Shown piece by piece: positions 12,040-26,222 of a DNA stretch of 64,000 nt (within the stretch, counting starts at the first letter, position 1; every line of letters begins with the position of its first letter). The translations under genes were made by a program, and so were the position numbers. Under the pieces are notes generated by a model. That model saw only the letters and a list, made by a program, of their open reading frames with translations. It was not told where the DNA came from and made no database searches. The stretch is from Mobula hypostoma (lineage: Eukaryota). The stretch spans positions 131,070,001-131,134,000 of the forward strand of contig NC_086097.1 of assembly GCF_963921235.1 (NCBI RefSeq), in the 5' to 3' direction.

Positions 12040-15000
12040 AAGAACATAAGAAATGGGAGCAAGAGTAGGCCATCTGGCCACCGAGCCTGCTCCGCCAATG
12101 AATAAAGATCATGTCTGATCTGGCCATGGACTCACCCCCACCTGCCTGCCTTTTCCCCATAACCCTTAATTCCCCAACTATGCAAAAATCTATCCAACTT
12201 TGTCTTAAATGTATTTACTGAGGTAGCCTTCACTGCTCTATTGTGCAAAGAATTCCACAGATTCACCACTCTCTGGGAAAAGCTGTTGCTCCATATCTCC
12301 ATCCTAAATCTACTCCGCCGAATCTTGAGACTATGTACCGCCTTAGTTCTAGTCTCACCTAACAGTAGAAATAACTTTCCTGCCTCTATCTTATCTATCT
12401 CCTTCATAATTTTATATGTTTGTATAAGATCTCCTCTCATTCTCCTGAATTCCAGCAAGTATAATCCCAAGCAACTCAATCTCTCCTCAGTCTAACCCCC
12501 TTATCTCTGGAACCAACCTGGTGAACCTCTCTGTACTGCCTCCAAAGCTATATATCCTTCCTTAAGTAAGGAGACCAGCACTGCACACAGTATTCCAGGT
12601 GCAGCCTCACCAGTACCCTGCACAGTTGCAGCACAACCTCCCTCAATCCCCCTAGCAATGAAGGCCAACATTCCATTTGTCTTCTTGATAGTCTGCTGCA
12701 CCTGCAACCCCATCTTTTCTTATTCATGCACAAGCACTTCCAAGTCACTCTGCACAGCAGCATGCTGCAATTATTTCAACATTTAAATACTAATCTACTC
12801 TTCCCTTTTTCCTTCCAAAGCGGACAATCTTCGCATTTACCAACATCGTACTCCATTTGCCAGACCCTTGTCCACTCACTTAACCTATCTATATCTCTCT
12901 GCAGACTCCCTGTATACTCTGCACAAATTGCTTTTCCACTCAATTTAGTATCATCAGCAAACTTACATATGCTACACTTGGACCCCTCTTCCAGACTGTT
13001 AATGTATATTGTGAACAGTTGCGTGCCCAGCACCAATCCCTGCGGCACACTGTTCACCACTGATTGCCAACCAGAGGAACACCCATGTATCCCAACTCTG
13101 TTTTCTATTAGTTAACCAATCCTTTATCCTTGCTAATACATCAGCCCCAACTCTGTGCATCCTTATTTATGGATGAGTCTTTTATGTGGCACCTTATCAA
13201 ACGTCTTCTGGAAATCCAAGTAAATAACATCCATCTGCTTTTCCCTCTATTCACTGCCTCGTTATATCCTCAAAGATCTCCAGTAAGTTTGTCAAACAGG
13301 ACCTGCCTTTGCTGAATCCACTTACCTGATGGATCCATTTCTTTTCAGATGTCTCGCTATTTCTTCTTTAATGACAGCTTCAAGCATTTTCCGAATATTA
13401 ACTGCCTATAGCTTCCTGTCTTTTGCCTACATCCTTTTTTGAACAGTGACGTGACATTTTCCTTCTTCCAATCTGCCAGGGCCTGCCCAGAGTCCAGAGA
13501 ATTTTGGCAAATTATCACCAAAGCCTCTACTATAATTTCTGCCATTTCTTTCAGTACCCTGGGATCCATTCCATCAGGACCAGGGGACTTACCTATCTTC
13601 AGGCCCAGAAATTTTCTCAGCACTAGTTCTTTAGTGATAGATATTGTATCAAGATCTTCACCTCCCATCACATGCATAATATTTTTCTTTGGCATGTGAG
13701 ATGTGTCCTCCACTGTGAAGACCAATACAAAATAGTCATTCAAAGCCTCTGTCCTTTCCTCATTACCCAATATCAATTCCTCCTTCTCCTCCTCCAAGGA
13801 CCCATGTTCACTTTAGCCACCCTTTTCCCCTTTATATTATAACAACTTTTACTATCCGTTTTTATATTTTGTGCTAGTTTATTTTCAAAAAATATCTTCC
13901 CTTTCTTTACTGCTCGCTTAGTGGTTCTTTGTTGCTTTTTAAAGTTTTCCCAATCTTCCAGTTTCCAACTACTCTTGGCGACTTTGTATGCAAGAGGTTT
14001 TAGTTTGATGCCTTCTTTTATTTCCTTAGTTATCCAAAGCTAGCCCTCCCCACCCATGTCATTGCTTGTAACTGGAATATACTTTTGTTGCGCATCGTTA
14101 AAAATCTCTTTGAAACTCTTCCACTGGTTCTCAACTGTCCCACCACATAGCCTGTGTTCCCAGTCTACACTAGCCAAATCCTTCCTCATCCCATTGCAGT
14201 CCCCATTGTTTAGGCATAATAACACTGGTTTTAGATCAAACTACTGCACCCTCCATTTATATGAGAAACTCAGTTATACTGTGATCACTCTTTCCAAGAG
14301 GATCCCTAACTAAAAGATCACTAATGTTACCTGTCTCATTGCACAGGACCAGATCTAAGATAACACGTTCTCTTGTAGATTTAGTAGCATGCTGTTCAAG
14401 AAAGCCATCACAGATGCATTCTATGAAGTCCTCAATACTGCCTCAACCAATTCGATTCACCCAATAAATGTGTAAGTTGAAGTCCCCCACAGTAACTGTT
14501 GTTCTATTCTTACATGCTTCAGATATTTCTGTTTATTGCCTGTGCCACTGTAATATTATTACTCGGTGGCCGATTGACAACTCCCACAGTGATTTTTTTT
14601 CCCTTTACTATTCCTAATATCTACTCAGATGGCTTCAACATTTCACTCCTTAGATCATCTCTCACTATTGCCCAGATCTTATCTTTAATTAAAAGTGCTA
14701 CCCCACCTCCTTTAACTTCTTGCCTATCCCTCCATATTAGCTCAGATCCTTGGATATTTATTTCCTAATCCTCTATATCCCGCAACCACATTTCTTTAAT
14801 GGCCACTAAATCATACCCCTTTACCTGAATGCACGTAGAATTCGAAACAAGGTCAGTGAAATTGTGGCACAAATGAGTACATTGTGCCCTTACATCCATT
14901 GTGCTTTTAAAATCTTGTAATCCTTTTCTCTTTTGCACTTGACTTTTCTTCACTCTTACTTTTCTCTTTTTTTATCTTTTGCTTTTACATTATCTTTATA

Positions 15001-15750
15001 CACACTTTTATTTTATTAATACTTCTCCCTTCTATTTAGTTTAAAGCCCTATTCAGAGCCCAAGCTATGTGATTCACTAGGATCCAGGTCCCATCACCGT
15101 TCAGGTGGAGCCCATCCCATTGGTACAGGTTGCTCCTTCCCCAATACTGGTGCCAATTTCCCATTAATTCAAACCCACTTCTCCCACACCAATCATTGAG
15201 CCATGCATTAAACTCTCTAATCTTCTTGATCCTATGTCAATTTGCACATGGCTCAGGTAGTAATCCAGAAACTACCACCTCTTTGGTTCTGCTTTTTAAT
15301 TTAGTCCCCAGCTGTTCAAATTCTCTCAGCAGAATCGCTTTCCTTGTTCTACCTATGTTGTTAGTACCAACATGGACGACAACAACTGGATCTTTCCCCT
15401 CCCACTGCAAATTCTTCTGCAACTTAGATAAGATGTCCGAACCCGGGCATTAGGCAGGCAACAAAGCCTTCGGGACGCTCTAGCCTCACAACAGAGAACT
15501 CTGTCTATTCCCCCGATTATATTATCCCCAATTACCACTACGTTTCTTTTCTCTCCCCACCCCCCTTGAATGGCTCCCTGAACTACAGTGCCACAGTTAG
15601 GTTGCTCATCCTTCCTATGGCCGCCATTCTCATCCACACAGGGAGCAAGAATCTCAGATCTGTTGGACAGCTCAAAGGCTGAGGCTCCTCCAGCACTGTC
15701 TCTTGGATCCCACTACCCACCTCACTCACAGTCACACCCTCTTTTCCCTG
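12040..15750 (-). mobile_element. Near full-length decayed CR1 LINE (ORF1 + ORF2)
   Basis: ORF1 VVVHVGTNNIGR (SGNH-type); KSPGPDGMDPRVLKE; KFADDTKL; tail aagaacataagaa at 12040. Confidence 0.95.
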
Positions 15751-16380
15751 ATTAGATTAGATTATGAAGACACGCAGTCTCTTTTATTGTCATTTAGTAA
15801 TGCATGCATTCAGAAATGATACATTATTTCCTCCAGTGTGATATCACAAAACACAGGACAGATCAAGACTGAAAAAACTGACAAAACCACATAATTATAA
15901 CATATAGTTACAACAGTGCAACAATACCATAACTTGATGAAGTCGTCCATGAGCACAGTAAGGTTCAAAGTTTCTCAAATGTCCCACATCTCACACAGAC
16001 AGGAGAAGGAAGAAAAATTCTCCCTGCCATGCCGACCACAATCCGACTCTGAGTCATCCGAAAACTTCGAGCTCCGATCAGCTCTCCGACACCAAGTACT
16101 GAGTGCCATCTATGTCCGAACGATTCGACCTCCTTCTCGGTCGCCAAAAGCAGGCAAGGTCAGGGAGTTTGAGGCCTTCCCTCCAAAAGATTCCCAACCA
16201 CACAGTAATGACAGCAGCGAACGGACATTTCAGAAATTTCTCCAGATGTTCCTCTGCACTTTCAGGTCCATTCTCCATCAAATCAGAATTGTCCACGGCC
16301 CCTATTTAACAGATATGATATCATTTTTCACCGGAGGGCTGCGCACACACAGGCACGCCGCCATCTTCTCCTCCCACCAG
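15751..16380 (-). mobile_element. Non-autonomous retroelement with an (attag)n LINE-type tail
   Basis: attagattagattatg...ttttattgtcatttagtaatgc tail; CpG-richer body ending gccgccatctt; truncates the CR1 5' end. Confidence 0.55.
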
Positions 16381-16977
16381 ATCACAAGGAAAGTGAAAAC
16401 AAGGAAGGAATAAAACCAAGGGGTGAGAACTTGGGATCAAAGAAAGTGAAAGGAAGGTTCCGAAAGAATTGAGAGGCTGTTAAAGTTTGCAATCTTTGAC
16501 GGCTAAAACAGAGCCTGTTATAGTCAGTTAGTCTTTTGTTGAAATGTTGATTACATCTCACTATAAAAAACAAATGGACTACCTTCCCTCAAGAGAATAA
16601 CAGTTGGTACACATATAAACAAGTACAATGAATTTCCAGATAAACAAGTCTGATCAAAAAAGTTTAGAAAATATTGTAACTTTATAACTTACAATAAATA
16701 CTGCTGATCAAATAAAAACAATACAAACAGTTAGACAGACAAGTTTTAATTCCCCCCCCCCCCCGGCCCAAATCTGGTTTGTAGGCGTGTTTACCTTTGT
16801 GTGAAATTTCAAATCACATTCATACTTCCCACTAATTTAACCATCTAAAATTATATACATTTATATTGTTTATGAATTTAGATGTAAATATGGAACAGTA
16901 AAATGGTGAATAGTTAGTCACACAGTGAATTTTCAGCTCCACTTTTCTCTGGAGTTGAAACTTCATTGGACTTGAAA

Positions 16978-17505
16978 CACTCAGTGGCCACTTTATTAAT
17001 GTATACCTGTTGTTCAATGCAAATATCTAATCAGCCAATCATATGGTTGCAACGCAATGAATAAAAGCATGCAAACATGATCAAGAGGTTCAGATGTTGT
17101 TCAGGTTAAACATCAGATGATGAAGAAATGTAATCTAAGTAATTTTGACTGTGGAATGATTGATGGTGCCAGATGGAATGGTTTGAGTATCTCAGAAAAT
17201 GCTGATCTGCTGAGATTTTCACAAAGTCTCTAGAGTTTACAGAAAATAGTGCAAAAAAAAAACAAGGCATCTAATGGGTGGCAGCTCTGTGGGCAAATGC
17301 TTTGAAAGTCGTCAGAGGAGATTGGCCAGACTGGTTCACGCGGACATGAAGGTGACAATAATTCAAATAAGCATGTTTACAATAGCGGTGTGCAGAAGAG
17401 CATCTCTGAATGCACAACACGTCGAACCTTGAATTAGATGGGCTACAGCGGCAGAAGACCACACTGGGTTCTACTCCTGTACCTAATAAAGTGGCCACTG
17501 AATTG
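16978..17505 (+). mobile_element. Tc1-derived non-autonomous DNA transposon (MITE)
   Basis: TIRs cactcagtggccactttatta / taataaagtggccactgaattg; internal remnant of a Tc1 transposase N-terminus; second copy at 24592-25080. Confidence 0.85.
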
Positions 17506-17679
17506 ATATTAGCAAGTTAACACTATGCGTCTTGTGAAGACCAAGTCCCTTTTTCATATTTGCCTGGCAACTACTGTGTTAAGTATGACGGAACAGATTT
17601 GTTGTTGTTCTTTTTCAAACCTTGAGACACACCAGGTGGCATTCTTGCTGATTCTGTAGCATTTTAGTGTTCTTTTACA

Positions 17680-17805
17680 AGGCTGAGTTGCTAGCTTGAA
17701 GCTCAACCCTGCGCAGATAGAAAGCGTGCAGGAGCCAGCTGGATACAAACTCGGAACCATTCGCCTCAAAGTCCAGTGCTGATGCCACTATACCACCGGC
17801 TGGCT
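17680..17805 (-). mobile_element. tRNA-head SINE fragment
   Basis: Minus strand agccagccggtggtatagtggcatcagcactggactttgaggcgaatggttccgagtttgtatcc shows an A/B-box-like tRNA head. Confidence 0.55.
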
Positions 17806-18889
17806 AGAGAAGATTTAGCAGCTCAAAAACAGCAAGATGGGCATTTACCTGCAAAATTAATTCTCCACAATCTGCAACTCCATTACACCGAGTCAGGGAA
17901 TTAACGTTGATTCAATGAAGAATCCATTAAGGGAGCAGATGAACTTTACAAAAAGGTGCCATAATAAAAATAAAAACTCAATTACTTAATGCAAAACATC
18001 AAGTAACTGAATAAATCATAACATAACCAAAAATTGCTTCACAGTTCTGTGCAGTTGTCACATATAGCTGTAAATGGTGGTGACCTACTAAACAACAATC
18101 CAGACACAACAATTTTAAGAATACCTCCATGAATACAGGACCCAGAATCTCGTGGTTATAGGATGAATTATTTACAATTCCTCTACCATAAGTGCAAGTG
18201 CACAAGCCTAGTTGGGCCTCTCCAAAAATCACCAGACTTCACAGAAGCTAGTCTTCAACCAAATGCACTCATTCTAAGTGACATTACAAGTACACAACTG
18301 ACCATGCAGCTCCACAGCAATTCCAATAATGCCATCTACAACAGAGAAAATGGTCCAGGTAAGCACTGTCCACAAAAAGGGAAAATACTGTACAACCAAT
18401 GTTACACCAATGAACAAAGATTGAAGATGTTATTAACTGCACTTACTCACCCAATGGAGCAATGAACAAGTTATTCAACTGCAGCCTTCATAAAGTGAAG
18501 TGAGAATATCTGCCCTTCACATCATGGAGTCCAAAATTTCCAACAAATGGAGTCATATCTTGTTCAAAGGCAGATGGTTATGGCTGTTGTACATCAATCA
18601 CTCTATTCCCATGACATTACTGCAGGAGCTTCTCAAAGCAATGTCTCTGGCCCAACAATTTTTTTTAAACTTCAACATTTAATCCCCATTAATAAGTGCA
18701 TTATAAATTGCTCTATTATATTCACAACTCTTCACAAAATAAAGTGATCTTCATCCATGCACAGCAAAGTCTAGACAGTATTCAGGCATGGCCGAGTTAA
18801 ACAAGCTCCAAGGCCTGAATCTGTATCTCCTTCTGAAATTGTATCCACATCTTCTCACTGAGAAACCACAAATCAACATGGAGCAGAAA

Positions 18890-19560
18890 TCTCATCTTTT
18901 CCACTCCCTCTACACCTGTGACTGTGTGGCTAAGCATAGCTCCATCTACAAGTTCACCAATGGCATCAATGTGTTCACAGAATCAAAGGTGGTGACAAAG
19001 CAACATCAAAGGGAGAATGACAACCTGTTTAAAAGGTGCCACATCAATAACCTCCCACTCAAAATCAGCAAAACCAAAGAGCTGATTATCAACTACAGGA
19101 GAAAGCCAGAAGTCCATGAGCCAGTGCTCATTAGGGGATGAGAGGTAGAGAGGATCAATAGCTTTAAATTCCTTGGTGTTATCATATCAGAGGATCTGTC
19201 TAGGGATCAGCCATATAAGTGCCATTACCAAGGCGCACAACAATACAAAGGAAGTTTGAGGAAGTTCAACATGTCATTAAAATCTGTCAAATTTTTGCAG
19301 ATGCACAGTGGAGAATATCCTAACAGGCTGCATCACAGCTGATATGAAAACACCAATGCTGAATAACAGAAAACACTACATAAAGTAATGGAGACAGTCC
19401 CATCCCATGACTTAAGCATATTTACATGGAGTGCTGCCACAAGAAAGCAGAATTCATCAAAGATCCACCATCCAGGCCATATTCTCTTCTCACTACTACC
19501 ATCAGGAAAAAGGTACAGGAGCCTTAGGTCCCACATCACCATGTTCAGGCACAGTTATTT
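18890..19560 (+). mobile_element. Rex1/Babar LINE 3' part (an older LINE remnant precedes it at ~18500-18800)
   Basis: LYTCDCVAKHSSIYKF, ISKTKELIINYRRK and HPGHILFSLLPSGKRYRSL. Confidence 0.85.
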
Positions 19561-19691
19561 AATTATTTATTTATAAAAGTTACTGTGTATAGTAGGCCCT
19601 ACTAGCCCTTGTGTTATTTCAAAGATTTTTATGGTTTCAACCTGTTCTGGCTAATTTTTGTCTAAATCGTACACTGAACACTATTTAGTTA

Positions 19692-21264
19692 CAGTGCCCA
19701 TAAAAAGTATTCACCTCCTTGGAAGTTTTCATCTTTTATTGTTTAACAACAATGAATCACAATGGATTCGATTTGGCTTTTTTGACACTGATCAAGAGAA
19801 AAAGACTCCTTCGTCTTAAAGCGAAAACAAATTTCTACAAAGTGATCTAAATTAATTACAAATATAAAACACAAAATAATTGATTGCCTAAGTATTTCTT
19901 CCCCCTCCCCCTTCAAGTCGGTATATAATAGATGCACCTCTGGCAGCAATTACAGCCTTTAGTCTCTGTGGATAGGTCTCTATCAGTTTTGCACATCTGC
20001 ACACTGCAATTTTTCGCCATTCTTCTTTACACAACTACTCAAGCTGTCAGGCTGCATGAGGATCGTAAATGAACAGCCCTTTTCAGTCCAGCCACAAATT
20101 GGCAATTGGATTGAGGTATGGACTCTGACTTGGTCACTCCAGGACATTAACTTAGTTGTTTTTAAGCCATTCCTGTGTATATTTGGCTTTTTGCTTGGGG
20201 TCATTGTCTTGCTGGAAAACAATTCTTCTCCTAAGTTCAGTTCTCTTGCAAACTGCATCAGGTTTTCCTCCAGGATTTCCCTGCATTTTGCTGCATTCTA
20301 CCTTCACAAGCCTTCCAGGGCCCACTGTAATGAAGCATCCCCACAGAATGATGCAGCCACCACCATGCTTCACAGCAGGGATAGTGTGTTTTTGATGATA
20401 TGCGGTGTTTGGTTTATGCCAAACAAGTGCTTAGTCTGATGGTTGAAAAGCTCAATTTTGGTTTCATCAGATCATAGAACTTTCTTCCAGCTGACTTCAG
20501 ACACTCCCACATACCTTCTGGCAAACTCTAGCTGAGATTTCATGTGAGTTTTTTCAACACTGGCTTTCTCTTTGCCACTCTCCCATAAAGTTGCAACTGG
20601 AAAAGCACCCAAGCAACAGTTGTTGTACGCGCAGTCTCTCCCATCTCAGCCACCGAAACTTGTAACTCTTCCAAGGTTGTCATAGGTCTCTTGGTGGTCT
20701 CCCTCACTACTCCCCTTCTTGCAGTCACTCAGTTTTTGAGGCAGATTTACAACTACGCCATATTCTTTCCATTTCTTGATGATGACTTAACTGTACTCCA
20801 AGGGATATTCAGTGACTTGGAAATTTTCTTGTATCCATCTCCTGACTTGTACTTTTTAATAAGCTTTTCACAGAGTTGCTTGGAGTGTTCTTTTGTCTTC
20901 ATGGTGTAGTTTTTGCCAGGACACTGAGTCAACAGCAGTTGGGCCTACCAGATACAGGTGTATTTTTACTACAATCAATTCAAACACCTTGACCAAACAC
21001 AGGTCTTCAAAAATAGATCTCCATTTAACTAATTATGTCATTTCTAAAACCAATCCGCTGCACCAATGATGATCTGGTGTATCATATTAAGGTGGGGGGG
21101 GAATAAATAATTACGCAGTCAATTATTTTATGTTTTATATTTGTCATTAATTTAGATCACTTTGTAGAGATTTTTTAGTAGTAGAATTAATTTGTAGTAA
21201 TTCAATGTTGTAAAACAATAAAACATGAAAATTTTCAAGGGGTGAATACATTTTATGGGTACAG
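19692..21264 (-). mobile_element. Full-length inactivated Tc1 transposon with long IR/DR-type TIRs
   Basis: TA TSD (19690-91 / 21265-66); TIR cagtgcccataaaaagtattcacc / ggtgaatacattttatgggtacag with ~200 bp of inverted similarity; transposase motifs KHGGGCIILWGCF and VFQQDNDPKQKAKYTQEWL; frameshifted. Confidence 0.95.
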
Positions 21265-21699
21265 TACCACCCCAATTTGGCTAAATTTTGGAGTACTCTC
21301 GCTTTACTATTTTGGGTTATCCTCAAAGTGATATGAAAACTTTTATTTCTTTTCTCTTGTTTTCTGTCACTTATTACAACTATTGATTGGCACTCTTATG
21401 ATTGGTAATCCTTCAATTGATTTTCTACTCTGTTTCAGGGCCCTGATTCAACATCATAGCTCTCTCTAGCTTTAAGTGCTGTTCCAGGATAAAATTCCAC
21501 TACTTAGCACCTTTTGATTGTATTACTCAATTAAATAGCTACATTAATTACTATAATGAAATGATATATTCCAAGGACTACTTTTATCAATAATTCAACA
21601 ACTTTGGTTCCACTGACCTCGGAGGAAAGAAATCCCAGACATTTTGGACCATCAGAAAAAAATACCACTTCATCCATCTTAAATGGATGATCACTACTT

Positions 21700-22110
21700 C
21701 CAATTGAAATTTTCAAGTTTATAGTACATACGCAATGAAAGCTATCTTTTTGCAGCATCACAATATATTACAAGTATGACAAATAAGTTAACAGACTAAA
21801 ATTAACAATACACAGCTTGTATGACAAAAGCTAAAATAAATGAGACCAGTGCATGTTGAGAGAAAAAAAAAGTCTAAGGTAGTGTTTGGAGTTTAAGTCA
21901 ATGTAAGAGCCTTAAGGCAGTGGGAAAGAGACTATTCTTAACCATGAGGTGCAATTCTCCAGGCACCTTCATCCCCTGCCTGACGGTAGCATCAAGAGGA
22001 TGACATGACCCAGATGGTGGTGGTCCTTAATGATGGATGTTGCCATCCTGACACACTGCCTCTTGTAAATGTCCTCAGTGGTAGCCAGAGTTGTACTTGG
22101 AAGGGACAAG
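21700..22110 (-). mobile_element. Rex1/Babar 3' fragment
   Basis: Reverse complement of the catcattaaggacc...ccatctgggtcatgtcatcctc 3' segment. Confidence 0.7.
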
Positions 22111-22139
22111 CTGTGCCAGGATTATCCCACTAGAAATTT

Positions 22140-22502
22140 CGAATGTTCAAAGGGTCGGACAGAGTAGATATGGAAAGGCTGTTTCCCTTGGTGGCTGAGT
22201 CCAGGATAAGAGGCCACAGTCTTAGAATTAGAGGGTACCCATTTAAAACAGAGATGAGGAGAAATTTTTTTTTAGCCAGAGGGTCGTGGAGTTATGGAAT
22301 TCATTGCCACATACAGCTCTGGAGGCCCGATCATTGAGGGTGTTTAAGGAGGAGATTGACAGCTATCTAATTAGTCTGGATATCAAGGGATATGGGGAAA
22401 AAGCCAGAAATTGAAACTAGCTGGGAGATAGTTAAGCTCATGGTGGAGTGACAGAGCAGACTTGATGGGCCGAATGGCCTACTTCTGCTCCTTTGTCTTG
22501 TG
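22140..22502 (+). mobile_element. CR1 3' end (an old antisense CR1 remnant follows to ~23260)
   Basis: RLFPLVAESRIRGHSLRIRGYPFKTEMRRNFF; 3' UTR gggccgaatggcctacttctgctcc. Confidence 0.85.
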
Positions 22503-24189
22503 AAATAATGCCAACCTGTCAAGATCCCTCAGGGTCTACCATATTTCAATCAAGTGTCCCAGCTTTCTTCAAAATACCAGTGAGTACAAGCCTTTCATCA
22601 TCTAACTTATTCCAGGCAGCAGTCTCGTAAATATTATCTGAACCACTTTTAATGCATTTACTTTAAATCCACATTGTATTCCATGTGGGCTTACAGGCAT
22701 CCTCTGTGACTGAAACATAACCTCTTACTTCTGTATTCATTTCTTCTGATGAACAATGATATTGTTAGTCTTTCTAATTACTTACTGTACCTAAATGCTA
22801 ATGTTCTGCAAATTATACACCTGAGTACTCAAAAACATCTGATCTTCAGAGATCTGTAACCCTTTGCCAATTAGATGTTTATTTTCATTTCCTCCAAAAG
22901 AAAATTTTTAAATTTTGCCAAATTAAACAGTATTTGCTTGAACTCTCCGCACTCACTTGTCCTATATTCCCTATATCCTTTCCACACATTATTTTTATGT
23001 CAATTTAAAAACCACATCTTCAGTGCCATGAGCCAAATCATTTATGTAAATTGGAAGGTAAGGCCTCAGCTCCAACACCAGTGGCACACCACTCATTAAT
23101 TGTTAACCAAAAACAGAAATTGTCTGCTGTTTCCTGTTGGCCAACAGTTGTCTAGCCATTGCTCCTATACAAGCTTCCTTTCATACAATAATTTTTGATG
23201 TGGCACTTTATCAAATGACTTCTGCAATTCTAAGTGCAGTATATCCTCTGCAATACCCCCCCCCAACCTGTCCTTTACTCACAGCCCAAGTTGTATGCAG
23301 ATCAGTCGGCTGAAAGCTATCGTCGATCTGAATGTACATTGTATCAACACATTCCTACTTTGAATATCTTTCCTTTATGACACACCATGTTACAGAGGGG
23401 TTGCATTCCTAGAAAACAGAGTGGTGTGATTTTTTTGTAACACAAACCCACTTCCTATTGAATTCCATATAATTAGAGATACATTTCTGCAGTATAATTT
23501 TCTCTCCTATTTTAACAGCAATGACAAAGTAATTCACAACTGTTATTTAGCAGCAATGGAAAATATTAAACGAGGTATGGACAAGATTTGCATGAAAGAA
23601 ACAAATGTCATTTTTTTATATATTTTGTCACTCAATACTATAGGCAATAAAATAAACTTTGATATAACATCATCATGTCAATTGGGTTGACAGTCAGCCG
23701 AGTACCTCCATTGTCATAACTTCTCCAATTGGAGGACAATGAACACAGTGCATCACTTTCACACTCTTCACATGCAAGGTATTTTCTCTGAACCACAAAA
23801 CTCATGGATTAGGAAAGGGTTTAGGGGGTGGAGATAACAGGGAAGGGGATTTGAGGATTGGAATACAGAGAAGTGGTGTACCAGTTCAGGGATTAACCGG
23901 TTAAAGCTCAGTGATTTATAAGTATTTTACCTTAAGAAACTAGACATAGCTGTTGTAGTTCCCCACAATACAGCAGGTCAGAAAAAATGCTTGTCCTCAG
24001 ACTGGAGAGGACATAACAAAGGAGGGACTCCGGTACTCCTACCAACTCACATTGGCGCAGTGATGTCATATTCAAATCTTACTGCCAAAGTAAATATTTA
24101 AAATAATTAACAAAATTTGTAGTTGCTTTCACATTCTATGCTCACTTCCCCCACCCCCCCCAACATAAACTCATTAAATGCAAATTTTG

Positions 24190-24585
24190 GTAAGTTACAG
24201 AAAGTTGTAAAATTAGCTCCATCATGGGCACTAGCCTTCTTTGTATCAAAGGCACTTCAAGGAGCAGTGCCTCAGGAAGGTGGCATCCATCATTAAGGAC
24301 CTCAATCATCCAGGACATGTCCTCTTTTCATTGTTACCATCAGGAAGGAGATACAGAAGCCTTAAGGTACACACTCTGCAATTCAGGAACAGCTCCTTCC
24401 CCTCTGCCATCCTATTTCTAAATGGACATTGGACCCATGAACACTAACTCATTACTTTTTTAATTTATGTTTTTGCACTTATTTTAACTTAACTATTTAA
24501 TATACATTATATCATAGTGCTGTTGCCAGGAAGTTAACACATTTCATGACATATGCCTGTGATATTAAACCAGAGTCTGAATTTT
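24190..24585 (+). mobile_element. Rex1/Babar 3' end
   Basis: CLRKVASIIKDLNHPGHVLFSLLPSGRRYRSLK plus tail. Confidence 0.85.
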
Positions 24586-24591
24586 ATTCTA

Positions 24592-25080
24592 TACTCAGTA
24601 GCCACTTTGTTAAGTACAAGAGTAGAAACTCGTGTGATCTTCTGGTGCTGCGGTCCATCCACTTCAAGGTTTGATGTGTTGTGCACTCAGAGATCCTCTT
24701 CTGCACACTACTGTTGTAGTTCACAGTTATTTGCATTACTCTTGCTTTCCTGTCAGCTTGACATAGTCTGGCCATTCTCTTTTGACCTCTCTGGTTAACA
24801 TGGCGTTTTCACCCACAGAACTGCTGCTCACTGGGAATTTTTTCCACACCATTCTCTGTAATCCCAGGAAATCAGCAGCTTTTAAGAGATTCAAACCACC
24901 CTGTCTGGAACCAAACATTCCATAATCAAAGTCACTTAGATCACATTTCTTTCCCCAATCTGATCACTGGTCTGAACAACTGAAATTCTTGACCATCTCC
25001 GGATTCTTTTATGATTGACTAACTGGATATTTGCATTAACAAGGTTTAACAGTGTGCCTAATAAAATCAACACTGAGTGT
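24592..25080 (-). mobile_element. Tc1-derived MITE, same family as 16978-17505
   Basis: Degenerate TIRs tactcagtagccactttgtt / taataaaatcaacactgagtg; interior is the reverse complement of the first copy. Confidence 0.85.
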
Positions 25081-26222
25081 AAATCAGCTTTTGATAGTGA
25101 TTTGTGAATTCCAGAAGTACTAATTACTGCAACCTGAGTGGCCATAATGTGGGCTCACTCGTAGTCTAAGTCATCTATAAACATCTGTATTCAATAATTC
25201 TGCAAACCATTACTGAAAGAGGTATCTTATTGTTTGGCATCTGTATATCAAAATGTTCAATGAACACTACCTTATCAGGAGGATTTGACATAATGCTTAA
25301 ACATCAAAACACTATCATGGCTGAAAAATAATGCTGTGTCATATTTTAATTATCAAACTTTCATGTACTGTACTAAATACTTCGACAGTCATCATCTTGA
25401 AACTCTGTCCAATGCAGATTGGCACTTCCATTGTATCCTGGATAATGGACTACCTGACTGGCAAACCACAGTATGTGTGGCTTCGGAGCAGTGTGTCAGA
25501 TATGGCTACAAGCAGCACTGGGGCCCTACAGGGGACTGTATTGGCTCTCTTCATGTTTATCCTGTATACCTTGGACTTCAGGCACAACACTGAGTCATGG
25601 CATCTGATGGCTCAGCAATAGACGGTTGTATAAAGGGTGGACGGGAAGATGAATACAGGGCCCTGGTGGAGGACATTGTTAAACTGTGCAAGCTGAATCA
25701 CCTATAGCCTAACATTAGTAGGACAAAGGAGATGGTGATAGACTTCAGGAGGACAAAGTCTGCATTGTTCCCTGTTACTATTGATGGTGAGGACGTGGAT
25801 GTGGTGAGGACCTACATATTCCTGGGGCTGCACCTGGATGACAGACTTGAGTGGAGCACCAACACAGAAGCTGTGCACAATAAGGGCCAGAGTCACCTCT
25901 ACTTCCTGAGGAGACTGAGATCGTTTGGAGTATGCAGGCCTCTCCTTCACGTGTTCTACCAGTCTGTTGTCGCCAGTACAATCTTCCATGCGGTGGTGTG
26001 CTGGGGCAATGGCATCAACAAGGGTGATACCAACAGACTCAATAAACTAATTAGAAAGACTGGCTCTATTATAGGAGTTAAATTGGACACACTGGAGGCT
26101 GTGGTAGAACAAAGACCCCTACGAAAAATCCTGGCAATTCTAGACGATGTTTCTCATCCTCAGCCTGCCACCTTGACTGAACAGGGGAGCACTTTTAGTA
26201 CTTGACTAAGACAACTGCGCTA

